A stretch of DNA of 64,000 bases, taken from positions 20,646,001 to 20,710,000 of the forward strand of contig OY740783.1 in NCBI GenBank assembly GCA_963514005.1, written 5' to 3'. How positions within the stretch are numbered: position 1 is the first letter of the stretch; each line of letters starts with the position of its first letter. Origin of the DNA: Raja brachyura (taxonomy: Eukaryota). The translations under genes and the position numbers were made by a program. The notes under the pieces are model-generated. The model was given only the letters and a program-made list of their open reading frames with translations. It was not told where the DNA came from and made no database searches. Below are positions 1 through 11,040 of the stretch, in pieces.

Positions 1-270
1 CCGGCCAACAATGTCCCAGCTACACTAGTCCCATCTGCCTGCGCTTGGTCCATATCCCTCCAAACTTATCCTATCCATGTACCTGTCTAACTGTTTCTTA
101 AACGTTGTGATAGTCCCAGCCTTAACTATCTCCTCTGGCAGCTTGTTCCATACACCCACCATCCTTTGTGGGAAGAAGTTACCCCTCAGATTCCTATTAA
201 ATCTTTTCCCCTTCACCTTGAACCTATGTCCTCTATTCCCCTACTTTGGGCGAGAGATTCTGTGCATCTA
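1..270 (-). mobile_element. CR1/HER1-like LINE 3' fragment
   Basis: Minus [50 protein letters not shown], the typical CR1 ORF2 C-terminus. Confidence 0.85.
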
Positions 271-1081
271 CCTTATCCAAAGAACAACAATGTAGCACTG
301 CAACATCTCTCCATTCCTGTACTGCATTGCCAGACTGGGTTATGTGTTATGGAGGGAGTCTTAGAACCATGTCCTCTAGCTTTAGACATTTCCAACCTAA
401 GAAAACAGTTCTGACACTCTACCCTACCTATGCCTCTCATTATTTTATATACAGTACAGATTTAAAGAATTGGCCAATAGGTATGTCTATGCTCCGATTA
501 ATTGCGACCTGGAATTTCTTTGACCTGTAGGGGTGGTGAAAATAGAATGATTTCATTTCCTAAAAGGAAAATGTGAGAAAATAATTTGAAACACTATGCA
601 GAAAGAATGAAGAGGAAAGAGATTGATTGAATCCGTCTGCCATGAGCCTGCGGAGATTTGATGGGCTGAATGGCCTCCACCTCACAAATCAGTACAATTT
701 TGTGACTTCAGTTTTCAAAAATAAACAAAAGGATTTGATTGTCAACTGTTCCCCTTTTCCAAGTTGGATTAGTTTATTTTGATAGCATTTATACGCTGAG
801 GAAAATGCAGCAAAGGTGGTTTCGTTACTTTAACACTGTGATTATTTACAAAGTCAATCTTTGAGATTTTCTGATGCCGTTGTTTTTGCATTGAAAGGAG
901 TCGTTAGGAAAAGTGCCAATTTTGAAGAGATTTCATCATTTCCTCAGTTCGTGTTTTGAGAGACAAAAATAGGATTGTGCCAGGTTTGTTGCAGTGCCAG
1001 GCACCAGTCAAGGATGTTGCAAATGTATAATTAGTCACTGTGAAATAAAGCTACCATACCAGTCTGTTCTGCCAGAGAAAA

Positions 1082-1235
1082 TACACGTATCTATCACACC
1101 TTACCCTTCCACATCTCTCGTTTCCCTCTTCCCTGACTCTCAGTCTGAAGAAGGGTCTCGACCCGAAACGTCACCCATTCCTTCTATCCAGAGATGCTGC
1201 CTGTCTCGCTGAGTTACTCCAGCATTTTGTGTCCA
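1082..1235 (+). mobile_element. Penelope-like pseudo-LTR fragment with minimal hammerhead core (1145-1172)
   Basis: CTGAAGA-A-GGGT-CTCG-ACCC-GAAAC-GTC; flanking repeat tctgc(c/t)agagaaaa at 1068-1081 and 1236-1249. Confidence 0.75.
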
Positions 1236-1508
1236 TCTGCTAGAGAAAAGTTCTGAGTTGGTTCAAAAGTTCATAAGTGATAAGATGATCAGCCATGATC
1301 ACAGTGAACGGCGGGTGCAGGCTCGAAGGGCCAAATGGCCTCCTCCACCTATTTTCTATGTTTTTATGAGTAGAATTAGGCCATTCGGCCCATCAAGTCT
1401 ACTCCGCCATTCAACCATGGCTGATCTATCACTCCCTCTCAGGTGTGCGCAGGTTAACAAATACTTCAGCAACCTTCTGCTTTATTTCTTTCTCGTCATT
1501 ATCTACAG

Positions 1509-1762
1509 GTTCAGAGTTTCATGAGGGGCTGGCTGTGCAGAAGGAAATGGAAGACGATTGTTCAGGATTACATCTGCTCGCCCCACGCAGAGAGCATGAG
1601 GAAAAGGAACCAAATAGTCTTCAACATGGTGGAAGCAGAGTCCGAATATGTGCAGCAACTATACGTCTTGGTCAACTGCTTCCTGCGGCCCCTGAGGATG
1701 GCTGCCAGTTCAAAGAAGCCCCCTATAAGTCATGATGATGTCAGCAGCATTTTTCTCAACAG
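1509..1762 (+). CDS. RASGRF2: RASGRF2 coding exon (probably exon 5): IQ motif and start of the DH (RhoGEF) domain
   Basis: ctacag|GTT acceptor, AACAG|gtattt donor, 254 nt. Translates [47 protein letters not shown]...[28 protein letters not shown] are the RASGRF2-type residues as I recall them, not RASGRF1. Confidence 0.97.
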
Positions 1763-2010
1763 GTATTTCGCACATCCTTGCTTGAGATAATACATCCTTC
1801 TATAATTTTATTTTTCATTTAAAAAACAATTATTTTCTTGAAGACTGGAGGAGGTGTTTGAGATAAGGGTGGTGGGTGTATGGAATGAGTTGGCAGAGGA
1901 GGTAGTTGAGGCTGAGACTATTCCAAGGTTTAAGAAACAATTGGACAGGCACATGGATATGACTGGTTTAGAGGGATATGGGCCAAACGCAGGCAGGTGG
2001 GACTAGTGTC

Positions 2011-2871
2011 ATCGTCCAGTTAGGGGGCGCTGTCCAGTTGGTATGGCTGCCCAGCCTGCAGCTGTCTGTTTTTTAACTTCTTTATTTTATTTTTAGTGAG
2101 TTATAGTGTTTGTTTTTGGAGCCTTTTTTATGTGGGGGGGTGGGGGGGGGGGGGAGGGGGAAACTACCTTTCCTGGTCCCTACCTGGTCGGAGAGGCGGC
2201 TTTTCTCAGGGCTGCACCATCGACCTGTCCTCGCGGCCTACCAGCGGGCCTGGAGCGGCGTTTCCTGAGGGGGCCGCCCAGAACCTCGGCTTCGGCAGCA
2301 GCTCAGCGCTGGAGCACCATCGGGGAGCGGAGCGGGCGATACCTTGCCTGGGTCGCCGCGCTGGAGCTGCAGAATGCTGAGACCGCAGGTGAACATCGCG
2401 GAGCTGCGGGACTGTGGGGCGGCCGGCTGCGGGCGGCAGCGCTGAACTTTTACATCGGGAGCCTGGGATCTCTCGGCGAGATCACCAGTTGTGGAGCTCC
2501 ATCCAGCGCGGCCTTGTCAGCTTCGGAAGCCACGGACTCCGGTAGGGAAGCGGCCGTTCCAGGTGTACCAAGCCGCTGTGAGGACTCTCCTGTCGCTGGA
2601 ACACCAACACCCGGCGAGAAGGCCTAAAACATCGGGCCGCCGTAGTGCCGACTGTGGAGGCCTCAATAGGCCTGACTATGGGTGGACTTGGGGATGGGAC
2701 TGGACTTTGTGCCTTCCCCCATAGTGGGAACCATTGTGGGGGGATGTTTTTATGTTCATTGTTAATTCTTTAGTGTTGTGTCTTATCTTTATTTGTGTGC
2801 TGCATGGCAAGTCAGATTTCACTACACCAATTGCTGTATGTGACAATAAATGTCCTTTGTCCTTTGTCCTT
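2011..2871 (+). mobile_element. GC/CpG-rich non-autonomous retroposon, inserted in a CR1 3' end
   Basis: Interrupts CR1 sequence ggactagtgt|agctgggacatg; ends tgtgacaataaa plus (tgtcctt)n; homologous to 24940-25765. Confidence 0.75.
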
Positions 2872-4019
2872 TGTAGCTGGGACATGTTGGTCGGTGTGGG
2901 CAAGTTGGGCCGAAGGGCCTGTTTCCATGCTCTATGATTCTATGACTCTATGTAGCATGTATCCCTTTTTGACTTAACTTGTCATCAGGAGTGGCTCCAC
3001 TCCCCTCCCTGCCTTTGCATTAGGCATGCATTGATAAGGTAGTCTTCAAGCCGCACAGGTTTTGAAGGACAACGTTAGAAAGATATGTGGGAAGGAACTG
3101 TAGATGCTAGTTTACACTGACGTTAGACACAGAATGCTGGAATAACTCAACAGGTCAGGCAGCATCTCTGGAGAAAAGGAATCTGGTGCTGTTTCGGGTT
3201 GAGAATCTTCTGAAGAAGGGCCTCGATCCGAAAATATTGTGGTTGGTACAGACATTGTGGGCAGAAGGGCCTGTTTCTGCACTCTACTGTTCTATGTTTA
3301 GCAGGAGTAGTTGGTCTGCACCACCATTCAGTAAGATCGAGGCTAATCTGATAGTTTCTTCAACTCCACATTCTCACCTATCTGAAAAAGGGTCTCGACC
3401 CGATACGTCACCTAACCCTTTTTTTTCAGAGATGCTGCCTGACCCGTTGAGTTACACCAGCACTTTGTGCCTAACTTTAGAAAGGTCACTGTTGTGACTT
3501 AGGAAAAGAGATCAGGGAAGAAGGCTACAAAAGCATTTTAGTCACGTTAATTGTAGGTCCAGAATACCAGGAAACATTGTCCAGGATACTAGGTTTTTTG
3601 GAATGATAGCATCTACTCTGCATTCAGATGATAGACCAAGAATCAAGTCAAGAGTCAAGAGTGTTTTATTGTCATATGTCCCGGATGGGACAATGAAATT
3701 CTTATTTGCTGCAGCACAACAGAATATGTGAATATGTAAACAGAGTAGATAACAGGGGAAGATAAAAAAAAGATTTTAAAAAAAGATAAAGTTCAATAAA
3801 TAACAAATATAGTGATGATACAGACCATTCATTTATTCTCCAGAACGAAAAAGATATTTGCCTGGTAACAATAGTTTTATCAGCATCCGTTATAAGGTGA
3901 GATTTCTAGAGGGAAATTGGAACCCATAACATTTTGACATAAAGACCGTTTGATACCCATTTGTCCAAGGCTGGCATCCCAGAAACATGGGCTAATTGTG
4001 TGCCCATGTTAAACAATAC

Positions 4020-4232
4020 ATAGACATTAAATGCTGGAGTAACTCAGCAGGACGGGCAACATCTTTGGAGAGAAGGAATAGGTGACGTTTCAGGTTGAGA
4101 CCCTTCTTCAGCTTTTGACCCGAAAGGTCACCCATTCCTTCTCTCCAGAGATGCTGCCTGTCCCGCTGAGTTACTCCAGCATTTTGTGTCTATCTGAGGT
4201 TTAAACCAGCATCTGCAGTTCCTTCCTACACT
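4020..4232. mobile_element. Penelope-derived fold-back (inverted pseudo-LTR pair)
   Basis: atgctggagtaactcagc...cccttcttcag followed by its reverse complement ...gctgagttactccagcat. Confidence 0.75.
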
Positions 4233-4591
4233 TAACAGACCTCACTTTGATTACCAGTATTGGGCCACACAGTATAGGGAATATAATGAGGCTATAGGTA
4301 GGAAGGCTCTGTCAGGTGTGAAAAATAACAATGTTGAGAAAAATATGGAATAATCTTTGTCTATAAGCAGACGTTGTTGAGTTTAGTGAAACAACATTAA
4401 TCTCATTGAAATTCTTATGGACTTGATGGCAGATACACAATTGATGTTTCCCCTGGCTGCGATTTCTTGATACAGAGAGGAGTGAATGTTTGGATCTCTA
4501 CCCAAGAGGGCTATGGAGGCTCAGTTGCTGTAAATATTCAAGACAGCTATCATTCATTTATTTTAGATATAAAGGGAATCTAGGGATATGG

Positions 4592-4645
4592 GGGGTGGAA
4601 GATTGCAACCTTCACGTGGTCCGCCCTGTTTCAACTAATGCAATC
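4592..4645 (+). ncRNA. Candidate minimal HDV-like self-cleaving ribozyme
   Basis: P1 GGGGTGG(4592-98)/CCGCCCT(4621-27) with G1-U wobble; P2 GATTGCA(4601-07)/TGCAATC(4639-45); P3 ACC/GGT around a 7-nt L3 TTCACGT; vestigial P4 GTTTCAA; J4/2 CTAA with candidate catalytic C4635. Confidence 0.75.
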
Positions 4646-4731
4646 AACTCGACATGCACAAACGGAAGATCAAATAGAACAAGTTGTCCTACAACTTCAG
4701 GCTGTGCACGCCACACGAAAGAAAAAGAAGA
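4592..4731 (+). mobile_element. ~140-bp non-autonomous retroposon with ribozyme head and (GAA)n tail
   Basis: Direct repeat agggatatgg at 4582-4591 and 4732-4741. Tail gaaagaaaaagaagaag; internal hairpin AAGTTGT-cct-ACAACTT. Inserted into a decayed CR1 tail. Confidence 0.8.
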
Positions 4732-5404
4732 AGGGATATGGGATCAGTGCAGCAAACATGGCTCCGAGATAATTCTGTACGTGGTTCAGCGATAATCATA
4801 TGGAAAGACAAAGCAGAGTAACAGCAATTAAAATCAGGCAGGGGCTAATAAAAGACTCCTTGTGGAGGCAGCAGACAGGAGTAAAGTACCAAATTAATAC
4901 TTTGTGAGTACCTTCACAAAAGAAGAGGGCTAGTCAACGTTGCAGTAAAGGACGAGGTTAGGGATAATGGCAATTAATTGGATATAAATGAAGTGCTGAA
5001 ATGCTGTAATTAATCTAATTGTTAGTTAACTAATTATCTCCTTCAATAGGTTGCCAAGCAAACATTGAAGATAGCAACTGCTCCTTCTTGCATCGAATAC
5101 CAGAGTATTTCAAATCCTTGTTCAAAAATAAAAGATAGATCACTAGATCAATCAGAGAAACAAGAGTCAAGGTCTCAGGTTAAAGACTCTTCATTGGAAC
5201 TGTAGACGTTCTGGAACAAGGATGGGTGTAGGGAACAGAAGGGATGTCTATGTCTATAAGGTTTGGTTCATTATTGCCACGTGTACCGAGACTGTGAAAA
5301 GCTTTGTTTTTCACGCTATCCCATCAGAGCAGATAAAACTATACATACAGTACAAACAATCGAGTCAAACTCAAATATATTAAGGAGACCAAAGGGAAAG
5401 ATAC

Positions 5405-5745
5405 AGAGTCATAGAGTGATCCAGTGTGGAAACAGGCCCTTCGGCCCTACTTACCCACACCGGCCAACAATGTCTCAACTACACTAGTCCCACTTGCCTG
5501 CGCTTGGTCCATATCCTTCCAAACCTGTCCTATCCATGTACCTGTCTATCTGCTTCTTAAACGTTGCGATAGTCCCATCCTCAACTACCTCCTCTGGCAG
5601 CTTGTTCCAAACACCCACCACCCTTTTGTGTGAAAAAGCTACCCCTCAGAATCCTATTAAATCTTTTCCCCTTCAAATTGAACGTATGTCCTCTGGTCCT
5701 CGATTCCCCTACTCTGGGCAAGAGATTCTGTGCATCTACCTTATC
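5405..5745 (-). mobile_element. CR1/HER1-like LINE 3' fragment
   Basis: catagagt tail and the same 3' sequence as 1-270. Confidence 0.85.
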
Positions 5746-5921
5746 CAAAAAACAACATTAGCAGCACTGCAGCATCTCTCTATTCCTCAACTGCATTGCC
5801 AGTCTGGGTTATGTGTTGTAGAGGGGGTCATAGAACCATGTCCTTTATTTAGTTTATTGTTTTCCATTCTTTGCAGATTATCAGAATATAATGGTGTTTT
5901 TTCTGAATTATTTTCTTACAG

Positions 5922-6001
5922 TGAGACAATCATGTTTCTTCATGAGATATTTTACCAAGGACTAAAAGCACGGATAGCCAACTGGCCTACCCTAGTGTTG
6001 G
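5922..6001 (+). CDS. RASGRF2: RASGRF2 coding exon (probably exon 6), DH domain
   Basis: ttacag|T acceptor, TTGG|gtaaga donor, 80 nt. (S)[26 protein letters not shown]; phase matches neighbouring exons. Confidence 0.97.
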
Positions 6002-6204
6002 GTAAGAATCATTTAATGCAGAGATGAAAAAAAATCACGGAGAGTATATATCATCCAAAATGTTAAACGAGCTTTTGATGTTGCTAAGTGCTGCTTGTTG
6101 TAGTTGAGCACAAACCCTAATTATTTGCCAACTTGTCCAAAGTAATTGAATGGAATATAGCTGTGTGAAGAATTAAAATTGATTTATTACTACTGGGTAG
6201 CAGT

Positions 6205-6410
6205 CATGCTGGCACAGCAGTAGAGTTGCTGCCTTACAGCAAAATGCAGCGCCAGAGACCCGGGTTCGATCCCGACTACGGGTGCTGTCTGTATGGAGTT
6301 TGTACGTTCTCCTCGTGATCTGTACTTTTTTGGTCCCACACTCCAAAGACGTACAGGTTCGTAGGTTAATTGGCTTGATTAATTAGCTTGATATAAATGT
6401 AAAAATTGTC
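6205..6410 (+). mobile_element. tRNA-derived V-SINE (HE1-like), 3'-truncated
   Basis: A-box-like ggcacagcagtag, B-box gggttcgatccc, V-domain ggagtttgtacgttctcc. Confidence 0.8.
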
Positions 6411-8029
6411 CAAGTTGGCGATATGCAGAGTACTGCTCTGCCGACTACAAAATTTAGAAGGTTCAGAAGGTTCAGAAGGGTATGAGGGGACGGTAATATC
6501 ACTCTTTTGGGAATTACTATTTCTTAAAAGTTAAACAATATCTAGTTTAGTTTGAGTTTAGTTTATTGTCACGTGTACCGAGGTGCAGTGCCAAACAGTC
6601 AGCGGAAAGACAATTCATGATTACAACTGAGCCATTTACGGTGTATAAGATACAGGATAAGGGAATGACTTTGAGATGAAAGGCAAAAAAATAGTGCTAT
6701 TTGACAGATTTAAAAGCCCATTACCCGAGCCGTCATTCTGAATATGTTTCTACTTAGAAAGCACGATTTGCAGGGCAATCATATTGTCTATCAACGTGAC
6801 AAATATTTTCATACATCATGGTCAATTGCATGATGTGTGATTATTTCCTAAGTAGAAGGAAACCATAATTTATTAGACTATGGGTTATCCGATCAGCCTA
6901 ATTGTAGGGATATTTATTACAGCATGAAGTAGATATTCATTTTGCAGCTTGCATATTATTCAGCTCTTGGGCAAATCATGGAATGCAAATGTGTCTAGGT
7001 GAATGGCATGATGAACACTGAGTTCTCTGGGGCTATTCATCTCTTGGAATGAATAGATAAATGAATAGAAAAATGCAGTAGATGTGCTGAGCGATGTTTG
7101 ATCCCACTTGATAGATTTCTCTTCTTCTGCTCTTTCAGGCAAGGCTTAACACTGAAGCATAACATATCTATCTGCCACTGCATTTATTAAATATCAGTAT
7201 ATTGGACATAGCCTATCCTCTGCATAATCCATCATTCCTGTTTTTCGGGCTTTAACAAAATATAGATGGCATAAAACAGAAAATAAACCAAAAAGCATTC
7301 TGCCAGCAGTGGAACAGGCAAGTAGTGCTAACTCAGTCAGCATGAGTGAGACTGGCCTACAGCAAAGGGAAGCTGCAAATGCTCAGGTCCAGATTAGAAC
7401 ATTTTCCTTTAAATTTCCGGGAGCCAATTTTACTGAACGTTGCAAGTTGCCAACATTGGTCCGTAATTTGTGAGTTATGAGAGCAATTTTCCAGCCTCGG
7501 AACCTTCTCCACTGAGAATTCATGCGAGAACATGTGGGTTGATCACAGTTTTCTAACCTTTAATACCAATTATGTGGTGGAATATGTCCTAATTTCCAAT
7601 GAACTTCTCCAAAAGAGGGAAGCCATCTGGTAGTATCTCAATTTTGGAGAATTATCATTATATCAACAACTGTGGGTTTCTTCTAGTCCACGATTGTGTG
7701 TACTTCTATGAGTGAAATTTTATGAAGGAAAGGCTAAACCATTGCTATCTACAACCCCCCCCCCCCCCCCCCCACCCCCTCCCCTCACACATGTTCACAC
7801 TTTTAAAATAGACTTCAAAGGTTATTTGATCTTCTCCATTTTTATGTTGGCCTGTAATTTCAGTTTTGGCCATTAACTGGCTTTATTAATTTTGAAAAGG
7901 CACATTTTCCAGCAAATGGTTAACTTGCAGGAAAGTTGGTTAATTTCTTCCTGGTTGAACCGGCAGCATTACTGAAGAGTAGAGTGTGCAATTTTGATGT
8001 TTATGCCATTGAATAATAATAATGCAACA

Positions 8030-8920
8030 TCTCCCGTGACCCCATCTTGGGTTCACCCGCTCAATGTTTATTGTCAAGACAGACCCGTGCCGCCCTGTAG
8101 CAGATCAGGCATTGATTCCACGTGAGGAGGTTCAATCCAGGTTGCAACAGAAGCCTGACATTCAAAGACAATGGTGTGACAAGACAAGTAGCCCACTGCC
8201 TCCGTTGACCAAAGGGCAGTTGATCTGCTTACATGGCCCTGACAAAGGCCATGACCGTATTGGCGTAATTTCTGGAATTGCTTCAGACTGCGCTCATATA
8301 TCGGCAGTGCCGATGGCGGCAGCTACAGGCGTAACTGGCAACATATCCTGCCTGTGAACGAGCCTCCTCCGTATTATCCAGATCGTACAAGTTCACTTCC
8401 GTCTGCGTCTACTGGCACTCGCATGCTTCTGCCAGCACAACAATCCATGTCTGCAACGGCTCCTCTGCCTGTCCCATCTTCGCCTGCACCACAGTCCCCT
8501 GCTTCGTCTCCAGGGACGTTGGTCCAGTCTCTTTCGCCTGTGAAACCGCCTGCTCTCTCCCCGGTGAAAAAGAACGGAGATGGTCTCTATCGTACACGTG
8601 CTGGTCATGTTTGTAGGCCGGTTGTGAAATATCCGGACTATGTTTGACTTTTCTCCACAGTATGTCATCGATTGCTATACATGCCTTACTTAGTTTATGG
8701 GTTTGTATTTTTGTTGATTCTTTAAGAGGGAGGATGTAGATCAGTGTCACTCATATTATGAGCCATGCTTTTGTAGTTATGTCCACTAGCTTTACAGTAA
8801 CCTCTCCTTGCCTGGTTCCCTTAGAATTAGAGAGGCGTGCAAGTGTGAAGTCGCACTTGATATGTAGTTAATAAAGTCTTTGGATCTTTATCATGCTGTA
8901 AGGCGCCAGTTATTTATACA
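8030..8920 (+). mobile_element. Ty3/Gypsy remnant: pol/integrase C-terminus, PPT and 3' LTR
   Basis: Frameshifted ...PLPPLTKGQ...RSY...GSYRRN...YRTRAGHVCRPVVKYPDYV*. Purine tract aagagggagga directly before TGTAGAT (8735); AATAAA at 8870; ends TTATTTATACA (8920). Confidence 0.75.
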
Positions 8921-10061
8921 GCCAAGTCACAACAGCAGCTCTATTTATATTCCATGCAATGCATTATACTCATGGCAGCATGTTACGTGTCATAACATGT
9001 TAACATCTGTGTTGTTTCATACCAGGCAGACCTACAGCTTGTTGCTGGCTTTGGATGGCATTTCAGGCTCATTTTCAGAGGAAATCACATAAAAGTGACC
9101 TATAATAGAAATATATATTTTATTTAATAGAAGCATAGTTACCAGAAGGTAGATTCAGAATCAGAACCTTATTTTTCGAACTGATGGGTGCTAGGAAATG
9201 TGAAACTTTAGATTATACCAGAGAACAAACTTTAGATGATACCAAATGGCTAGAAATTGGCCAAGGCTATAAGGAAAATGTTTATGATAAGAGCAGAGGA
9301 AATAAAACAGGTGAGTGTAGGGTTAGTGTATATGGGTCTCTGATGGTTGACGTGGACTCAGTGGGCCGAAGGGCCTGTTTCTGTGCTATATCCTTCTGTG
9401 ACTGTGTTGTTAGTTTACGAAGGAAGCTGAAAGGAATTTATTTTAGAATGAAAGGAGTCTTCAGAAGGAACTTGTAGATCAAAATAGTCTTGCTTGATGA
9501 CCTTGGGAAGTAGGCAATTGTAAGTTCAGAGGCAGTGAGTGAATAAATGTCTTGAGAAGTGAGTTGCAGTCTGAGAGATAATGTTTTGTGTTTAGTATTG
9601 AAGTCATGATCCTTGGAGAAATGGGAACAGTCAACTGGGATTTAGCAATTGACTTCTGTAAGTTCATACCATAGATCTCAGCAGCTGGGATGTCATCCCT
9701 GGATCAGAAGTGAGTCTTTATATTTCATTATTTTCCAGATGTGAGCATTTAAGAGAAATTTAGCTCCTAGGGCTAAGGGAATCAAAGGATATGGGGGAAA
9801 AAGCAGGAATGGGGTACTGCTTTTAGATGATTAGCCATGATCATATTGAATGGCGGTGCTGGCTCGAAAGGCCGAATGGCCTCCTCCTGTACCTATTTTC
9901 TATGTTTCTATGTTCTAATTGCACGTGACAAGGTGGTTATTGTTCCCAAAAAGAGATTTGCCCATTGCTTTTGGACGTGGCATTTCAGGAATTGGATTAA
10001 TCAAGAATAAATGAACAGTGATAAATGTAAAGTCCTTTCATGTTGGAGAGCATGACGATGC

Positions 10062-10600
10062 TGGTGTGCAGAAGGGAACTGCAGATGCTGGTTTATGCCG
10101 AAGATAGACACAAAGTGCTGGAGCAACTCAGCGGGTCAGGCAGCATCCCTGGAGGAAAAGAATAGGTGATATTTCGGATCGGAACCCTTCTTCAGACTGA
10201 AAGTAGAGGGGGCGGGAAGAACCGGAGGTAGGAGAAAGCCAGAACAAATCAGGGCTAGCAACAGATGACCAACGTAGAGTGGAGCATAATGGCCTGATTG
10301 CTGGCTGGGGAAGAGATAATATTAAAGAGTTAAAGAAGGAACTGCGGATGCTGGAGAATCGAGGGTTACACAAAAGGCTGGAGAAACTCAGCGGGTGCAG
10401 CAGCATCTAAGGAGCGAAAGAGATAGGCGACGTTTCGGGTCGAGACCCTTCTTCAGACTCTAAAGGGATTCTGCGATGCAAACAATGGAACTAGTATGAC
10501 GTCTAATGTGGGGGAGGGGGGGGGGGGGCGAGAGAGGGAATGCAGGGATTACTTGAAATTAGAACAATCAATGTTCATACTGCTAGGTTGTATATGAAGA
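10062..10600 (-). mobile_element. Penelope-like 3' fragment with a younger pseudo-LTR copy nested (about 10330-10460)
   Basis: Two copies of gaactgcagatgctgg...cccttcttcagact; intact hammerhead core on the minus strand at about 10426-10457. Confidence 0.7.
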
Positions 10601-10759
10601 TGCTGGTGTTCCCATGCACCTGCGGCCTTTAACCCTGTAGACAGTTCACACTGCACTTTTGACCACCCATTTACTGTGTTGATATTTTCAGGGATCTATG
10701 AACCTATATCCCCAAGATCCCTCTGTATATCAATGTTCTTTAAGATCCTGACATTTGGC

Positions 10760-11040
10760 GATATGGTGCAGCGGTAGTGTTACAGTGCCAGAGATCCTGA
10801 CTAAGGGTACTGTCTGGTTCTTCTTCTTCTTCTTCTTGGACTTCTTCTTGGTCTGTACGGAGTTTGTACATTCTCTCCATGTGGATTTTCTCCGGGAAGC
10901 TCCAGTTTCCTCCCACAATCCAAAGACATACAGGTTTGTAGGCCAATCGGATTGGTGTAAATGTAAATTGTCCCCAGTGTGTGTAGAATGGTGTTAGGGT
11001 GCGGGGATCGGTGGGCCGAAGGGCCTGTTTCCGCGCTGTT
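10760..11040 (+). mobile_element. HE1-like V-SINE with internal (TTC)n insertion
   Basis: V-domain and ggtgggccgaagggcctgtttcc tail; insertion at 10817-10850. Confidence 0.8.

Noticed and set aside
2106-2627. 173-aa ORF and similar ORFs at 25035-25663 and 16726-17278
   Set aside because: GC-rich repeat; frames are not conserved between copies and no domain is recognisable.
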